Shown: piece after piece, positions 32,364 to 43,137 of the stretch
Layout: every line of letters begins with the position of its first letter
Numbering within the stretch: position 1 is the stretch's first letter
From: an uncultured Prevotellaceae bacterium
GTDB lineage: Bacteria; Bacteroidota; Bacteroidia; Bacteroidales; Bacteroidaceae
Length of the DNA: 64,000 bases
Direction of reading: 5' to 3'
NCBI GenBank assembly: GCA_900320045.1
Contig: ONQT01000006.1
Span: 19,633 to 83,632, forward strand
Program-made: the position numbers and the translations under genes
The notes under the pieces: generated by a model
What the model was told of the DNA's origin: nothing
Database searches by the model: none
The model's input: only the letters and a program-made list of their open reading frames with translations

Positions 32364-35291
32364 TTAATAACCGAAGGTATCTTCAGGAGTGAGGCGCTTG
32401 ATAGGACCTATCTTCTCCAGCGACTTGATGTCCAGTTCCTTCTCATTACCCAGTATCACATAGCGCCACGTCTTATGTGCCATATGCTTCTGCTCGAAGT
32501 TGACAATATCCTTGAGCGTGACCTTGTCCAGCGACTTGTAGATACGTTCATTGCGGTCGTAGTCGATACCCAGAGCCTTCGCATCCAACCAAGCGTACAG
32601 CAGGTGCGCCTTCGTGGTGCGGTTACTGGCAATCTTCTTCGTCACAGCCTCCTTAGCAATCTGGAAAGCGCCTTCGTTCTGCGGGATATTGTCCAGTATC
32701 TCCTGGAACTGTCGGACGCAGTCCATCATCTTGTCGTTCTGCGAAATGATATGTACCAAGGCATACTCGTTCTCGTCCTTGAAGTCGGGATCGATATAAC
32801 CGGCATAGGCATTGTATGCCAAACCGCGCGACTCACGGATTTCCTGGAACACCACACTACCCATGTTGCCACCGTAGTATTCGTTGAAGAGCGCCTTGAC
32901 GGCGGCCTGCTCGGGATTCCAGGGCTGCTTCTCGATGTGGTACATCTGCATGTAGATGTTCTTCGCATCGTAGGGAGCCAGCAGAATTTCATTTGCTGGG
33001 GTCATCTGCATGGTGTAATGCTTGGCCTGCGGAGCGGGTGTTTTTCCGACGGCTGAACCGTCGGATACAGTATGGGCGGTAAGGGCGGCGGTTAGGTCGC
33101 TATCCGTCATCGGGCCGTAATAGAGCACGGTGTGCTCATACTCCTTCAAGTGCTTCAGCAAGTCTAACAAGTCCTGCGGATTGGTCTTCTGCAACTGCTC
33201 GCCCGTCAGGATGTTGCGGGCACGGTTATAGGTGCCATACAAACCGTAGGTACGCAGCACGCTGAAGTTTGCACGCTGGTCGAGCTTGTTGTCGGCACGG
33301 GACTTGTTGACGATGGCAATATACTGCTGATATGAGTCGGTATCAACCTTGGCACGCTGCATCAAATGTTCCAGCAGTTTCAGGGCCTGCGGCATATTCT
33401 CGCTAAGACCCGTCAACCAGACGGTCATATTGCGAGCTTCCACCGAGATATTATAGCTGCACGCCAGCTTATAGAACTGCTGTCGAACCTGCTCGGCCGT
33501 CAGCGAGTCGGTACCTATATAATTAAGGTACGAGGCGGCATAATTATAACCAGTATTTACCTCGTCGCCGAAGTCATAGCGGAAGGCCAGCTCAAAGCGG
33601 CCGTTCTCCTTGTTCTGGACGGAGACAACAGGTAAACCGTTGTCCGCCGTGCTGAACGTCAGGTCGCGTTGGAAGTCGACGAAACGCGGTTCGATAGGCT
33701 TCACCTCCATCTTCTGGATGTCCTGCACAAACTGGCTTGTGGTATCGCGGTTCGTGGGGATGGGCGTAATCTCGGGCTTGTCAATCTTCTTCTGATTGGG
33801 GTCAACACCCTGGCGCTTATACACAGCGACATAGTTGTCGCGGAAGTGGCGGTTGGCGAAGTCGACAATCTGCTGCTTGGTCATTCCGCTGATGCGGTCA
33901 AGAAAGTGCACACTCTGTTCCCACGGCTCGCCATTGACAAATGCCTGGAGGAAGAAGCTGGTTCGTGCGATGTTATACTCCATGGCATGATAGAAGTCCA
34001 GCTTCAGGTTATTGACAACACTGGGTAGCAGGTCGTCGCTGAAGTCGCCCTTCTTCAACTTCTCCAGTTCGCCCAACAGCAAGGAACGCACCTCGTCGAG
34101 TGTCTGTCCCTCACGAGGCGTGCCGGTCAGCTGGAAAGTAGAATAGTCCATCAGCAGCTCGGAAGAAGACCGTGCCTCTACCATTTTCATCTGCTGGTTG
34201 ATGTCCAGGTCGAGTAGTCCTGCCTTACCGTTGGTCAGCATATAATCAATTACCCGCAACGTGTCAGCCTGCGGTGATGCTGCCTTGTCGAAGCGCCAGC
34301 CCAACAGCAGCTGTTCAGCCTCCAGACCGATGACAGTGGTATCGACGGCATGTGTCAGCTCGGGCTGTTCGGAGAACTTAGGCTGTTCCACCTGCTCCTC
34401 GGGAGCAGCCTCCCAGTCGCCGAAATATTTGTCAATCTGCTCGATGACCTCATCGGGGTCAAAGTCGCCAGACAGACAGATGGCGGTATTGTTAGGCACA
34501 TACCACTTCTTGAAGTAGTTCTTGATGTTTGTGATGCTGGGATTTTTCAGATGAGCCTGTGTTCCGATGGTCGTCTGAGTACCATAGGGATGTGTGGGGA
34601 ACAGTTTGGTCATCATCGCATCGTACACCTTCTCATCATCGTCAGCCAGATAGATGTTATACTCCTCGTACACAGCCTCCAACTCGGTATGGAAACCGCG
34701 GATGGTCATGTTCTTGAAGCGGTCAGCCTCTATCTTCAGCCACGCCTCCACCTGGTTCGACGGGATGTCCTCGACATAGCAGGTCCGGTCGTGCCAGGTA
34801 TTGGCATTGGTTCCCTCGGCACCAATCATGGACATCATCTTGTCGTACTCGTTGGGGATAAAGTACTTGGCAGCCAACTGCGACACAGAGTCAATCTCGT
34901 GGTAGGCCTGGCGGCGCTCCTCGGGATCAGTCAATGTACGGTACTTCTCGTAGCGAGCCTCAATGTCAGCCAGCAACGGAGCTTCAGCCTTAGGGTCGGT
35001 CACACCATACTTGTCAGTTCCCTTGAACATCAAGTGCTCCAGATAGTGTGCCAAGCCTGTCGTCTCAGCAGGGTCGTTCTTTGAACCCGTTCGCACCGCA
35101 ATGAAAGTCTGGATGCGAGGCTTCTCGTCGTTAACACTCAGATACACCTTCAACCCATTCTTCAGCGTATAGATACGCGTCTTCATCGGGTCATCCTTGA
35201 CCTCTTCATACTTGTACTTGCTGCATGCCGACAAGAGCAGGATGCCGACAAGTACCGCAGGCAGTAATGCAAAATGCTTCATGTGTTTCAT
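32364..35291 (-). CDS. M16 (insulinase-family) zinc metallopeptidase, lipoprotein
   Basis: HYLEHLMFKGT (HxxEH), lipobox LLSAC, FQEIRESRGLAY. Confidence 0.92.
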   Translation of the reverse strand: MKHMKHFALLPAVLVGILLLSACSKYKYEEVKDDPMKTRIYTLKNGLKVYLSVNDEKPRIQTFIAVRTGSKNDPAETTGLAHYLEHLMFKGTDKYGVTDPKAEAPLLADIEARYEKYRTLTDPEERRQAYHEIDSVSQLAAKYFIPNEYDKMMSMIGAEGTNANTWHDRTCYVEDIPSNQVEAWLKIEADRFKNMTIRGFHTELEAVYEEYNIYLADDDEKVYDAMMTKLFPTHPYGTQTTIGTQAHLKNPSITNIKNYFKKWYVPNNTAICLSGDFDPDEVIEQIDKYFGDWEAAPEEQVEQPKFSEQPELTHAVDTTVIGLEAEQLLLGWRFDKAASPQADTLRVIDYMLTNGKAGLLDLDINQQMKMVEARSSSELLMDYSTFQLTGTPREGQTLDEVRSLLLGELEKLKKGDFSDDLLPSVVNNLKLDFYHAMEYNIARTSFFLQAFVNGEPWEQSVHFLDRISGMTKQQIVDFANRHFRDNYVAVYKRQGVDPNQKKIDKPEITPIPTNRDTTSQFVQDIQKMEVKPIEPRFVDFQRDLTFSTADNGLPVVSVQNKENGRFELAFRYDFGDEVNTGYNYAASYLNYIGTDSLTAEQVRQQFYKLACSYNISVEARNMTVWLTGLSENMPQALKLLEHLMQRAKVDTDSYQQYIAIVNKSRADNKLDQRANFSVLRTYGLYGTYNRARNILTGEQLQKTNPQDLLDLLKHLKEYEHTVLYYGPMTDSDLTAALTAHTVSDGSAVGKTPAPQAKHYTMQMTPANEILLAPYDAKNIYMQMYHIEKQPWNPEQAAVKALFNEYYGGNMGSVVFQEIRESRGLAYNAYAGYIDPDFKDENEYALVHIISQNDKMMDCVRQFQEILDNIPQNEGAFQIAKEAVTKKIASNRTTKAHLLYAWLDAKALGIDYDRNERIYKSLDKVTLKDIVNFEQKHMAHKTWRYVILGNEKELDIKSLEKIGPIKRLTPEDTFGY
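33045..33071 (-). repeat. In-frame hairpin element, family A
   Basis: ACTGTA TCCGACGG TTCAG CCGTCGGA, read as TVSDGSAVG. Confidence 0.8.
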
Positions 35292-35304
35292 AGTCCTTGT
35301 TATA

Positions 35305-37158
35305 TTAGTCTTCGTAATCTATCTCATGGTCGAGCTTTGAGATGAAGTCGTCGAACACCTCCTGCTCCACATCGCCCATGTCAAACTCCTTCTGGGCATC
35401 CTTACGGATTTCGGCAATCCAAGCACGACGGGCACGGACATAGTCCTCACGGATACGCTGCATGGCGCTGTCCGTCAGTTCATCAATGCCGTAGTAGTCG
35501 AGTATCAGCTTGTAGGTCCACACCCACTGGTACTCACGATAGTGATCATTGATGTCGTTAAAGCGATCCAATACCTCTTGAATACTTTCAATGGTACCAT
35601 TTTTGATATCCTCTAACAGACGCTTCTCCTCGCTGGCGGGCAACAGCAGACCACTCAAGTCGTTCCATTCGCCCTCACCTGTCGTTGTTGTCGGTTTGCC
35701 CAGGAATCCGCCTTTGACAGCACGCTTCAGCACGGCACCCATATAGATGCGCAGGGCAATGTCGTAGTACTTGATGCCCTTCTTCAACGACGAGGCATTG
35801 ATGATGTACTCCTGGAAGTTGTACGACGACACATTCTTGCCACCGGCTTTCTGCAGGTTCTCCAGAATCTTCTTGCCTTCAAATATTTCGCCCACGGTGA
35901 AGGGACTGAGCCAGTCGAAGTTAATGACCGACTTGCGGCACGAGGCAGCACGCTTGTCACGCTTGGGCCACTTCTTGATGTCACGATACAGTCCGACGGT
36001 GGTGATGTTACGTCCAGGCACAATATACATCGTCTCGCCGTATGCCAGCAGATAGGCAAAGGGCAGACAGCGCATGTCGGGATGGTTCATCAGTTTGCCG
36101 AAACAAACGCTGAAAGCACCGATCTTGGCAGGCATCAGCACATAGGCACCGCTGGCCGTCTTCGAACCGCGCTCCAGGGTTCCGTAGTGCAGCGGTCCCA
36201 TCTTGTAGGCATGGTTCGAGAAGTTGGTGTTCGAACCGGCATTGTAGAACGAGAACTCACCACCGATGAGTAGACTCGACTTGTGGTGGCTGGCCGAGAA
36301 GGGGCCGCAGAAAGCTGCGCAGGCCTCACCATTGGCCATGTAGCTGTTGGCAAAAAACACCGAGGCTTCTGCCGTGAAACCGTTAGTAATCTGGCAAGCC
36401 TCACCCACGAAACAGTCCTGCATCTTCACGCTGTTGGTGATACTACACCCGCCAGAGATGATGCTGTTCTCGCAGATAACACCCGTTCCGATGTATACTG
36501 AGGCATCGCCCGACGACAGGATGGTACAGTCACTCAGTCGGGCAGCCCCATTGATTTCGCAGTCGTCCTTGACAACGGTATTGGTAATCTCCTTCGAGTT
36601 GACAATCTTCACACCGTTGCCAATGGTTCCCCGCTCGGGCTGCGTGAATCGTATCTCCTCATAGACAAGGCGTGTCAGGTTGTCCTTCAACTGCTTGTCC
36701 TTGAAATACTTCACCATGAAGGCAGCCAATTGCGAGTTCAGGTCGTGAAACAGCATAACGTTGCCGTCTCCCATCTCGTTGAGCACACTAATCATGTGAC
36801 CTTCGCCAAAACTGGCACCTTCGGTAGTCTCCATGGTCGATATGTTCGAGATGTAGCAGTCGTCACCAATGGTATAGTTATTGATGAAGTTGCCCACACG
36901 TTCTATCAGGCAGTTGTCGCCCACGGTAACGTTACGCAGCGTAGCGTCGTTGATGCCTGCATGCTTGGTGAAGCCCTTGGAGACCTCTACCTGCTTTTCA
37001 AACACACCCAGTCGGATGTCACCATAGAATACCACTCGGTGGAAGCCGTAGGGCGAAAATGCATCCGCAACCATGACGTTGTCCCAGTTCTCGGCCCAAC
37101 AGCTATTACTCTCGAGCACATTGATTTCCTCATCTGTCAAATGTCTGTAATCTCTCAT
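35305..37158 (-). CDS. DUF4954 family protein (beta-helix-like)
   Basis: YRHLTDEEI..LE.N.CWAENW, GEACAAFCGPFSASHHKSSLLIG, RDIKKWPKRDKR. Confidence 0.8.
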   Translation of the reverse strand: MRDYRHLTDEEINVLESNSCWAENWDNVMVADAFSPYGFHRVVFYGDIRLGVFEKQVEVSKGFTKHAGINDATLRNVTVGDNCLIERVGNFINNYTIGDDCYISNISTMETTEGASFGEGHMISVLNEMGDGNVMLFHDLNSQLAAFMVKYFKDKQLKDNLTRLVYEEIRFTQPERGTIGNGVKIVNSKEITNTVVKDDCEINGAARLSDCTILSSGDASVYIGTGVICENSIISGGCSITNSVKMQDCFVGEACQITNGFTAEASVFFANSYMANGEACAAFCGPFSASHHKSSLLIGGEFSFYNAGSNTNFSNHAYKMGPLHYGTLERGSKTASGAYVLMPAKIGAFSVCFGKLMNHPDMRCLPFAYLLAYGETMYIVPGRNITTVGLYRDIKKWPKRDKRAASCRKSVINFDWLSPFTVGEIFEGKKILENLQKAGGKNVSSYNFQEYIINASSLKKGIKYYDIALRIYMGAVLKRAVKGGFLGKPTTTTGEGEWNDLSGLLLPASEEKRLLEDIKNGTIESIQEVLDRFNDINDHYREYQWVWTYKLILDYYGIDELTDSAMQRIREDYVRARRAWIAEIRKDAQKEFDMGDVEQEVFDDFISKLDHEIDYED

Positions 37159-37176
37159 AAGTCTATTGTATTAAAA

Positions 37177-38511
37177 TCATTCTTCTATCTGATACAAGAA
37201 GTCGTTGTATGGATACTTCTGCACATGCAGTTCGCGTACCTTCTTATATAATACCTCTCGCAGTTCGTCGATGTTCTGCTTCGCACGGGCTGAGATAAAC
37301 AGAGGTGCAGGGGCAAATTCTTCCCCTTTTTCTCTTCCCTTCTCCCTGATCTTCGCCATCCATGTGCGTTTGAGTTCCTCCAGCGAGATGTTCTCTCTGG
37401 TAGGTGGCGTCAGGTCGTCGGCATCCTGCGGTGTCCAGGTGTAGGCGTCAATCTTGTTGAATACCAGCAGCGACGGTTTCTCAGCACAACCTAAGTCGGC
37501 CAACGTCTTCTCGACGACGGTAATCTGTTCCTCGAAGTCGGGATGCGAAATATCCACTACATGCACCAACAGGTCGGCCTCGCGCACCTCGTCGAGCGTT
37601 GACTTGAACGAGTCAACCAAATCCGTGGGCAACTTGCGGATAAATCCTACAGTATCAGCCAACAGGAACGGCAGGTTGTCGATGACCATCTTGCGCACCG
37701 TGGTGTCTAACGTAGCAAAGAGCTTGTTCTCGGCAAAAACTTCGCTCTTAGCCAACAGGTTCATCATCGTCGACTTGCCCACGTTGGTATATCCCACCAG
37801 TGCCACACGAATCAATCGGCCGCGGTTCTTGCGCTGAGTAGTCTTCTGCTGGTCAATCTCCTGCAGGCGTTGCTTCAATAGCGTAATGCGTTGCAGGATG
37901 ATACGGCGGTCCATTTCCAGCTGGGTTTCACCAGGACCGCGCAGTCCCACACTACCCTTTCCGCCACCGCTGCCTGAGCCACCGCCCTGTCGTTCCAGGT
38001 GCGTCCACAGTCGTTGCAGACGGGGCAGCATGTAGCGATACTGTGCCAGTTCGACCTGTGTCTTGGCCTCGGCAGTCTGTGCCCGCATGGCAAAGATGTC
38101 GAGTATCAAGGATGTACGGTCAAGAATCTTGACTTTCAACTCGGCCTCAATATTGCGTATCTGCTTAGCCGACAGCTCGTCGTCAAAAATGACCATACCC
38201 ACAGGTTGTGGAGCCGACAAGCCTTCCTCCGGCTCGGGCGAACCCGCGTCCAACCAGTCGTAGTAGGCATCTTCCTGCTGCTTGATGTATTGCTTGATTT
38301 CGTCGAGTTTACCCTTACCGACATAGGTTACCTGACTGGGACCTTGCACCTTTTGTGTAAAGCGTTTGACGGTGACGGCACCGGCGGTATCCGCCAGAAA
38401 CTCCAACTCGTCCAGGTATTCTTTCGTCTTTGCCTCGTTCTGCTGCTGGGTAATCAGACCTACCAGCACGGCAGTCTCGGCCTTCACTTCTGATATAACA
38501 AATTCCTTCAT
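37177..38511 (-). CDS. hflX: GTPase HflX
   Basis: GPGETQLEMDRR, GYTNVGKST, LFATLDTT, DTVGF, NKID. Confidence 0.96.
   Translation of the reverse strand: MKEFVISEVKAETAVLVGLITQQQNEAKTKEYLDELEFLADTAGAVTVKRFTQKVQGPSQVTYVGKGKLDEIKQYIKQQEDAYYDWLDAGSPEPEEGLSAPQPVGMVIFDDELSAKQIRNIEAELKVKILDRTSLILDIFAMRAQTAEAKTQVELAQYRYMLPRLQRLWTHLERQGGGSGSGGGKGSVGLRGPGETQLEMDRRIILQRITLLKQRLQEIDQQKTTQRKNRGRLIRVALVGYTNVGKSTMMNLLAKSEVFAENKLFATLDTTVRKMVIDNLPFLLADTVGFIRKLPTDLVDSFKSTLDEVREADLLVHVVDISHPDFEEQITVVEKTLADLGCAEKPSLLVFNKIDAYTWTPQDADDLTPPTRENISLEELKRTWMAKIREKGREKGEEFAPAPLFISARAKQNIDELREVLYKKVRELHVQKYPYNDFLYQIEE
37302..37347 (-). repeat. Heptamer array plus conserved tail (family D), in-frame in hflX
   Basis: AGGGAGA AGGGAAG AGAAAAA GGGGAAG + AATTTGCCCCTGCACCTC. 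Confidence 0.7.
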
Positions 38512-38528
38512 ATATAAAATATATGGGG

Positions 38529-38587
38529 CAAAGGTACAAAAAAATATTCATTCACTATTCATATTTTCAAAAAAATCATTACCTTTG
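38529..38587. promoter_or_regulatory. Divergent -7 elements for hflX (minus, 38529-38536) and nagB (plus, 38580-38587)
   Basis: TACCTTTG on each strand in an AT-rich spacer. Confidence 0.75.
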
Positions 38588-38624
38588 CAGCCGATAAGAC
38601 GAAAAACTTTATATTTTAAGACTT

Positions 38625-39419
38625 ATGAGAGTAATTATTGAATCTGATTATCAGAAAATGTCGCAGTGGGCTGCCGAGCATGTCATTGAGCGCATCAATG
38701 CCTTCCAGCCCACCAAGGAGAAGCCGTTTGTACTGGGCTTGCCCACCGGCTCCTCACCTGAGGGAATGTATGCCTGCCTTGTGAAAGCCAACAAGGAAGG
38801 TCGTGTGTCATTCAAGAACGTGTTAACGTTCAACATGGACGAGTATGTCGGACTGCCCGAAAGCCATCCCGAGTCGTACCACTCATTCATGGCGCGCAAC
38901 CTGTTCGACCACATCGACTGCCCGAAAGAAAACATCCACATCTTGAACGGCAACGCCAAGGACCTGGCTGCCGAGTGTGCACACTATGAGGAAATGATTA
39001 AGGAAGCTGGTGGCATCGACTTGTTCATCGGTGGTATCGGCCCCGATGGTCACATTGCCTTCAACGAGCCCTACAGCTCATTGACCAGTCGCACCCGCGT
39101 CAAGACGCTGACCACCGATACGATTATTGCCAATAGCCGCTTCTTCGACAACGACGTCAACAAGGTTCCCAAGTTGGCATTAACCGTTGGTGTAGGCACC
39201 GTTATGGATGCCCGCGAGGTAATGATTCTGGTTAACGGTCACCACAAGGCCCGCGCCATGAAGGCTGCCGTAGAGGGAGCTGTGACGCACGAATGGACCA
39301 TCTCGGCCCTGCAGATGCACCAGCACGGCATCATTGTAGCTGACGAACCTGCTACCGACGAGCTGAAGGTTGCCACCTACAAGTACTTCAAGGATATCGA
39401 AAAAGACAACCTGCTGTAA
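38625..39419 (+). CDS. nagB: glucosamine-6-phosphate deaminase
   Basis: [30 protein letters not shown]. Confidence 0.96.
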   Translation: MRVIIESDYQKMSQWAAEHVIERINAFQPTKEKPFVLGLPTGSSPEGMYACLVKANKEGRVSFKNVLTFNMDEYVGLPESHPESYHSFMARNLFDHIDCPKENIHILNGNAKDLAAECAHYEEMIKEAGGIDLFIGGIGPDGHIAFNEPYSSLTSRTRVKTLTTDTIIANSRFFDNDVNKVPKLALTVGVGTVMDAREVMILVNGHHKARAMKAAVEGAVTHEWTISALQMHQHGIIVADEPATDELKVATYKYFKDIEKDNLL

Positions 39420-39456
39420 GAAGTAAGAGGTAAGAAGTTTACCTATTATCATAGAG

Positions 39457-39481
39457 AATGCCCGCCAGAACAGCGGGCATT
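39457..39481. terminator. Intrinsic terminator between convergent nagB and acyl-CoA ligase
   Basis: AATGCCCGC-cagaaca-GCGGGCATT followed by TTCTATTT. Confidence 0.75.
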
Positions 39482-39483
39482 TT

Positions 39484-41565
39484 CTATTTCTCTATTCTGA
39501 TTCTCGCATCCACCGCCACCACATCGTCCGTGTCTGCCAACAAGGGGTTGATGTCCATTTCCTTAATCTCCGTGGCAAAGCGCAGCAGCGTCGACAGGCG
39601 GACAATGATCTCGGCATACTTCTGTTCGTTGATGCCCTGTTGACCACGCGTACCTTTCAGTATCTTATAACCGCGCAGGGAGTGTATCATGCTGTAGGCC
39701 TCGCCGTAGCTCAGCGGAGCCAAGCCCGACTGTACATCCTTCAGCACCTCGACGAAGATGCCACCCAGTCCGCACAGCACCACATGACCGAAGCGTTCCT
39801 CATACTTGGCACCAATGAACAACTCGGTGCCCTTCAGCATCTTCTGCACCATCACGCCCGTGGCATCCTGGATCTGCATCATGCGGTCGAACTCCAATGC
39901 CAGATGCTCTGCCGTGCGGATATTCAGCGTCACACCGCCCACATCGCTTTTGTGCACCGGCCCCACCACCTTGGCTACAACTGGATAGCCCACCCTGTCA
40001 GCAAAAGCCGTCAGTTCTTCCTTGGATGTGGACACCATCTCAGGCACCATCGGGATACCAGCACACTGCAGCAATCGTCTGACGGTATCTGGGTCGAGAT
40101 AACCACTCCTCTCGCCCTTTGGAGAGGGGTTGGGGGTGAGGCTTATAATCTCTCTAATCTTCGGCACGTCAACGCCAAACAGCTCTATCTCGGGCGGTGC
40201 AGGAGCCGGCGTCTTCATAATCTGGCTCAACGCCGTGGCCAGCGTCACCTCATCGCTGAAATTCACATGACCTTTCTGTAAGAACTCCGCCACTTCTGGC
40301 CCTGCGGTATGAAGACTGGGAAGAATGGGGAAAATGGGTTTCCGGCATTCCTGAATCTTCTTGTGCAGGACCTCGTAGGCCTCGTAGAGCGTTGTCAGTC
40401 CGGGAGTGCCGTAGATGACGGCGATTGCATCGATGCGGGGGAACTGGTTTTCGCAGTAGTCAATGGCTATGCCCAGGTGTTCTGCCGTTCCCGTTGCCAG
40501 AATGTCGATAGGGTTCGCCACGGCCGAACCGGGCAACAGTTTCTCCTTCAACTCCTCTGCCGCCGGACCTTCCAGTTTGGGAACGTTCATGCCACCTTTC
40601 GACAGGGCGTCGGTCAGCATCACGCCAGGACCTCCGGCATGGGTAACAATGGCAAAGTTCTTGCCCTTCAATTCCGGCAGCGTAAAGATACACCCCACCG
40701 TCGTCAGTTCTTCACGCGAGAAACAACGCACGATGCCGGCCTTTCGGAACAACGCCTCCACGGCACTATCGCTCGACGCAATGGCTCCTGTATGGCTCGA
40801 TGCGGCACGGCTGCCACTCTCAGAGGCACCTGCCTTAATAGCGGCGATGCGACAACCCTTGCGAATCAAGCTCGACGCATGGAACAACAGCTTGTCGGGA
40901 TTGCTGATATTCTCGATGTATAACAATTTGACATGCGAGTCGGTCTCGGCATCAAAGTGCTCGTCCATATACTGCAGCACATCCTCGATACCAATCTGCT
41001 TGCCATTGCCTATCGACCACACACTATTGAACTGCAAACCCTTGATGACGGCACTCTCCAGAATGAACACCGCCGTCGCTCCCGAGCCGCTGACAAAGTC
41101 GACACCCCGCGGATTCAATGCAGGGATGGGCTTGGTGAACACCGAATGGTGATGGCGCGTCAGCAGACCGATGCAATTCGGTCCGATGAGTGCACAGCCA
41201 TACTTCTCACAAGTGTCCAGAATCTGCTGTTCCAACTTTGCTCCCGCCTTCGTCTCCTCGCCAAAACCGGCACTAATAATGATGAAGGCCTTCGTCTGCT
41301 TTTCCTTGGCCAGCAATTCCACCGTATCGGGACACATCTTCGCAGGGATGACCAGCACCGCCAGCTCTGTGGGTGGCAACTCGCGGGCATCGTGAAACAC
41401 CTTGATGCCCTGCACCTCGTCCTCCTTGGGATTGACGATGCGCAGCGTACCGCTGAATCCACCTTGCAGAATGTTGCGCACGATGGCGCCACCAGGTTTG
41501 TGTACATTGTTAGAGCCGCCGATGACGACGATGCTTTCCGGTAGTAGTAGTTGTCGGTTAATCAT
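39484..41565 (-). CDS. Acetate/acyl-CoA ligase (ADP-forming) family, fused alpha/beta
   Basis: IISAGFGE, IGPNCIG, ASSHTGAIA, HKSDVGGV, EMDINPL..VDARI; start placed at ATG 41565; TATTTTTG -7 element at 41596-41603. Confidence 0.88.
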   Translation of the reverse strand: MINRQLLLPESIVVIGGSNNVHKPGGAIVRNILQGGFSGTLRIVNPKEDEVQGIKVFHDARELPPTELAVLVIPAKMCPDTVELLAKEKQTKAFIIISAGFGEETKAGAKLEQQILDTCEKYGCALIGPNCIGLLTRHHHSVFTKPIPALNPRGVDFVSGSGATAVFILESAVIKGLQFNSVWSIGNGKQIGIEDVLQYMDEHFDAETDSHVKLLYIENISNPDKLLFHASSLIRKGCRIAAIKAGASESGSRAASSHTGAIASSDSAVEALFRKAGIVRCFSREELTTVGCIFTLPELKGKNFAIVTHAGGPGVMLTDALSKGGMNVPKLEGPAAEELKEKLLPGSAVANPIDILATGTAEHLGIAIDYCENQFPRIDAIAVIYGTPGLTTLYEAYEVLHKKIQECRKPIFPILPSLHTAGPEVAEFLQKGHVNFSDEVTLATALSQIMKTPAPAPPEIELFGVDVPKIREIISLTPNPSPKGERSGYLDPDTVRRLLQCAGIPMVPEMVSTSKEELTAFADRVGYPVVAKVVGPVHKSDVGGVTLNIRTAEHLALEFDRMMQIQDATGVMVQKMLKGTELFIGAKYEERFGHVVLCGLGGIFVEVLKDVQSGLAPLSYGEAYSMIHSLRGYKILKGTRGQQGINEQKYAEIIVRLSTLLRFATEIKEMDINPLLADTDDVVAVDARIRIEK
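40104..40143 (-). repeat. 40-bp hairpin element, family C, in-frame
   Basis: Read as SLTPNPSPKGERS; 39/40 identical to 57730-57769. Confidence 0.9.
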
Positions 41566-41646
41566 AGGTAATATTGATGTTACAAAATACTTGTGCAAAA
41601 ATACAAACTTTCCATCAATCTACCAAATATTCCTACTACTTTTTTA

Positions 41647-42111
41647 TCAGGGCTGAGTGGGCTTGCCGTCGTGATGGTGGTGGCGACGACGGTTCATGAG
41701 CTTTCGCTGAATCTGGCCTTCGACCTCATAGAAGCGGCTGACCTGCTGGGCGGTGAGGACTGTGGCAAACTCGTCGATATACTTCAGACGGATGGCCTGA
41801 GCCTGCTGCTGACGCTCCATGCGGTGCTTGGTGAGCTGCAGCTTCTGCTCGTCAGTCAACGGTTCGCGCTGACCATCCTCGCTACGATGCCTCTTAGGGT
41901 GTCGTCCCCACAGGGCTCGCATCTCGTTGTTGTAACGGCGATAGACGGGTTCGAACTTAGCGCGCTGCTCGTCAGTCATCTCTAAGCGCTGAGTGACCTC
42001 GCTGACCTTGGCCTGGAAGAACTTCTCGTTGATGGCGGCGGCTTTGTCGTTTTGCGCTCCTGCTGTCATCGCTGCGACAAACAGCAGCATGGTTATTAGT
42101 ACTTGTCTCAT
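41647..42111 (-). CDS. Periplasmic helical protein, Spy/CpxP-like
   Basis: Signal peptide; LEMTDEQ, LTDEQK, LTAQQ repeats. Confidence 0.6.
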   Translation of the reverse strand: MRQVLITMLLFVAAMTAGAQNDKAAAINEKFFQAKVSEVTQRLEMTDEQRAKFEPVYRRYNNEMRALWGRHPKRHRSEDGQREPLTDEQKLQLTKHRMERQQQAQAIRLKYIDEFATVLTAQQVSRFYEVEGQIQRKLMNRRRHHHHDGKPTQP

Positions 42112-42153
42112 ATTCTTATCTCCTTGCTATATTGATTACTTTCTCCTAACACT

Positions 42154-42483
42154 TCACTCGTACTCCGGAACATCGTCTATGTCGTAGTACGCCAGCAGCT
42201 GAACCTCCTCGTCGCTGATGTTGTTCAGGAAGTCATCGACGGGACTCTCGGTCTGTGCCAATGGTTGCTGCTCGGTTGCGGGATACCAGATACTGATGCC
42301 GGCAAAGATGAGCAGGACGGCTACGGCTGCTGCAGCAACATAGCGCAACAGCGGGCGCACCTTGCTCTGAGGACGCTGCGACTGTCGGATGGCGGTCTCC
42401 GTCGTGCGTTCTATCAACTGGTTCAAATACTCAGGACTCTCCTGGTAGGGCATCTTCTTGCCTATATTCTCAAACTCTTTCAT
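42154..42483 (-). CDS. Single-TM putative anti-sigma factor
   Basis: KKMPY..P.EY N-terminus, YVAAAAVAVLLI helix; overlaps the sigma gene stop. Confidence 0.6.
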   Translation of the reverse strand: MKEFENIGKKMPYQESPEYLNQLIERTTETAIRQSQRPQSKVRPLLRYVAAAAVAVLLIFAGISIWYPATEQQPLAQTESPVDDFLNNISDEEVQLLAYYDIDDVPEYE

Positions 42484-43034
42484 GCTGTATGTTCTTTGAT
42501 GTATTTCTTAATTCTCTCCGTTGCAAAGTGGTAGTTGGTCTTCAAAGTACCGACGTTCTTGCCCGTAATGCGAGCTATTTCGTCGTAGCTCAGTTCGTCG
42601 TAGTAGCGCAGGTTGAAGGCGATACGCTGCTGCGTAGGCAGCGTAAGCAGGGCCTTCTGGAAGAGTTGCTCCGTGCGGTTGCCATCGGTGGGTGTCTCGG
42701 CCTCCAGGCGATTGGTGAGAGCCGGTCCCAAGGCATCGATGCTCTGGAAGATGCTGGTCTGTCGGCGCAGGTGGTGTAAAGCCTCGTTGGTGGCGATGCG
42801 GTACATCCATCCTGCCAGCGTCCCTTCACCCTTGAAGGACTGGATGCTGCTGAAGATCTTGATGCTCGTCTCCTGCAACACGTCCTCAGCGTCATCGTGA
42901 CCTACCACGATGCGGCGGATGTGCCAGTAGAGCTGCTCGCCATACTGCTGCATAAGCAGTCGGAAGCCCCGCTCGCGCTGATCGGGAGTGGTCAGCATCT
43001 CCAACAGTTGTTCTTGTCCTAACTCTATCTTCAA
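42480..43034 (-). CDS. ECF RNA polymerase sigma factor
   Basis: DAEDVLQE, WMYRIATNE, region 4 LRYYDELSYDEIA...GTLKTNYH; start uncertain (TTG 43034 or ATG 42998). Confidence 0.92.
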   Translation of the reverse strand: MKIELGQEQLLEMLTTPDQRERGFRLLMQQYGEQLYWHIRRIVVGHDDAEDVLQETSIKIFSSIQSFKGEGTLAGWMYRIATNEALHHLRRQTSIFQSIDALGPALTNRLEAETPTDGNRTEQLFQKALLTLPTQQRIAFNLRYYDELSYDEIARITGKNVGTLKTNYHFATERIKKYIKEHTA

Positions 43035-43137
43035 TGTACTGCGTTTTATTTCGGTCTTACACCTTTATGATATATCTAAAGACGAAAAGTTAAAGTCGAT
43101 AGTCCTCTTTTTTAATTATTTTTTGTACTTTTGCATC

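Noticed and set aside
42988-43137. N-terminal extensions in the ORF track (MATE, recF, CDF, macroglobulin, exbB, acyl-CoA ligase)
   Set aside because: They run through promoter elements or repeats; downstream ATGs fit the family N-termini better.
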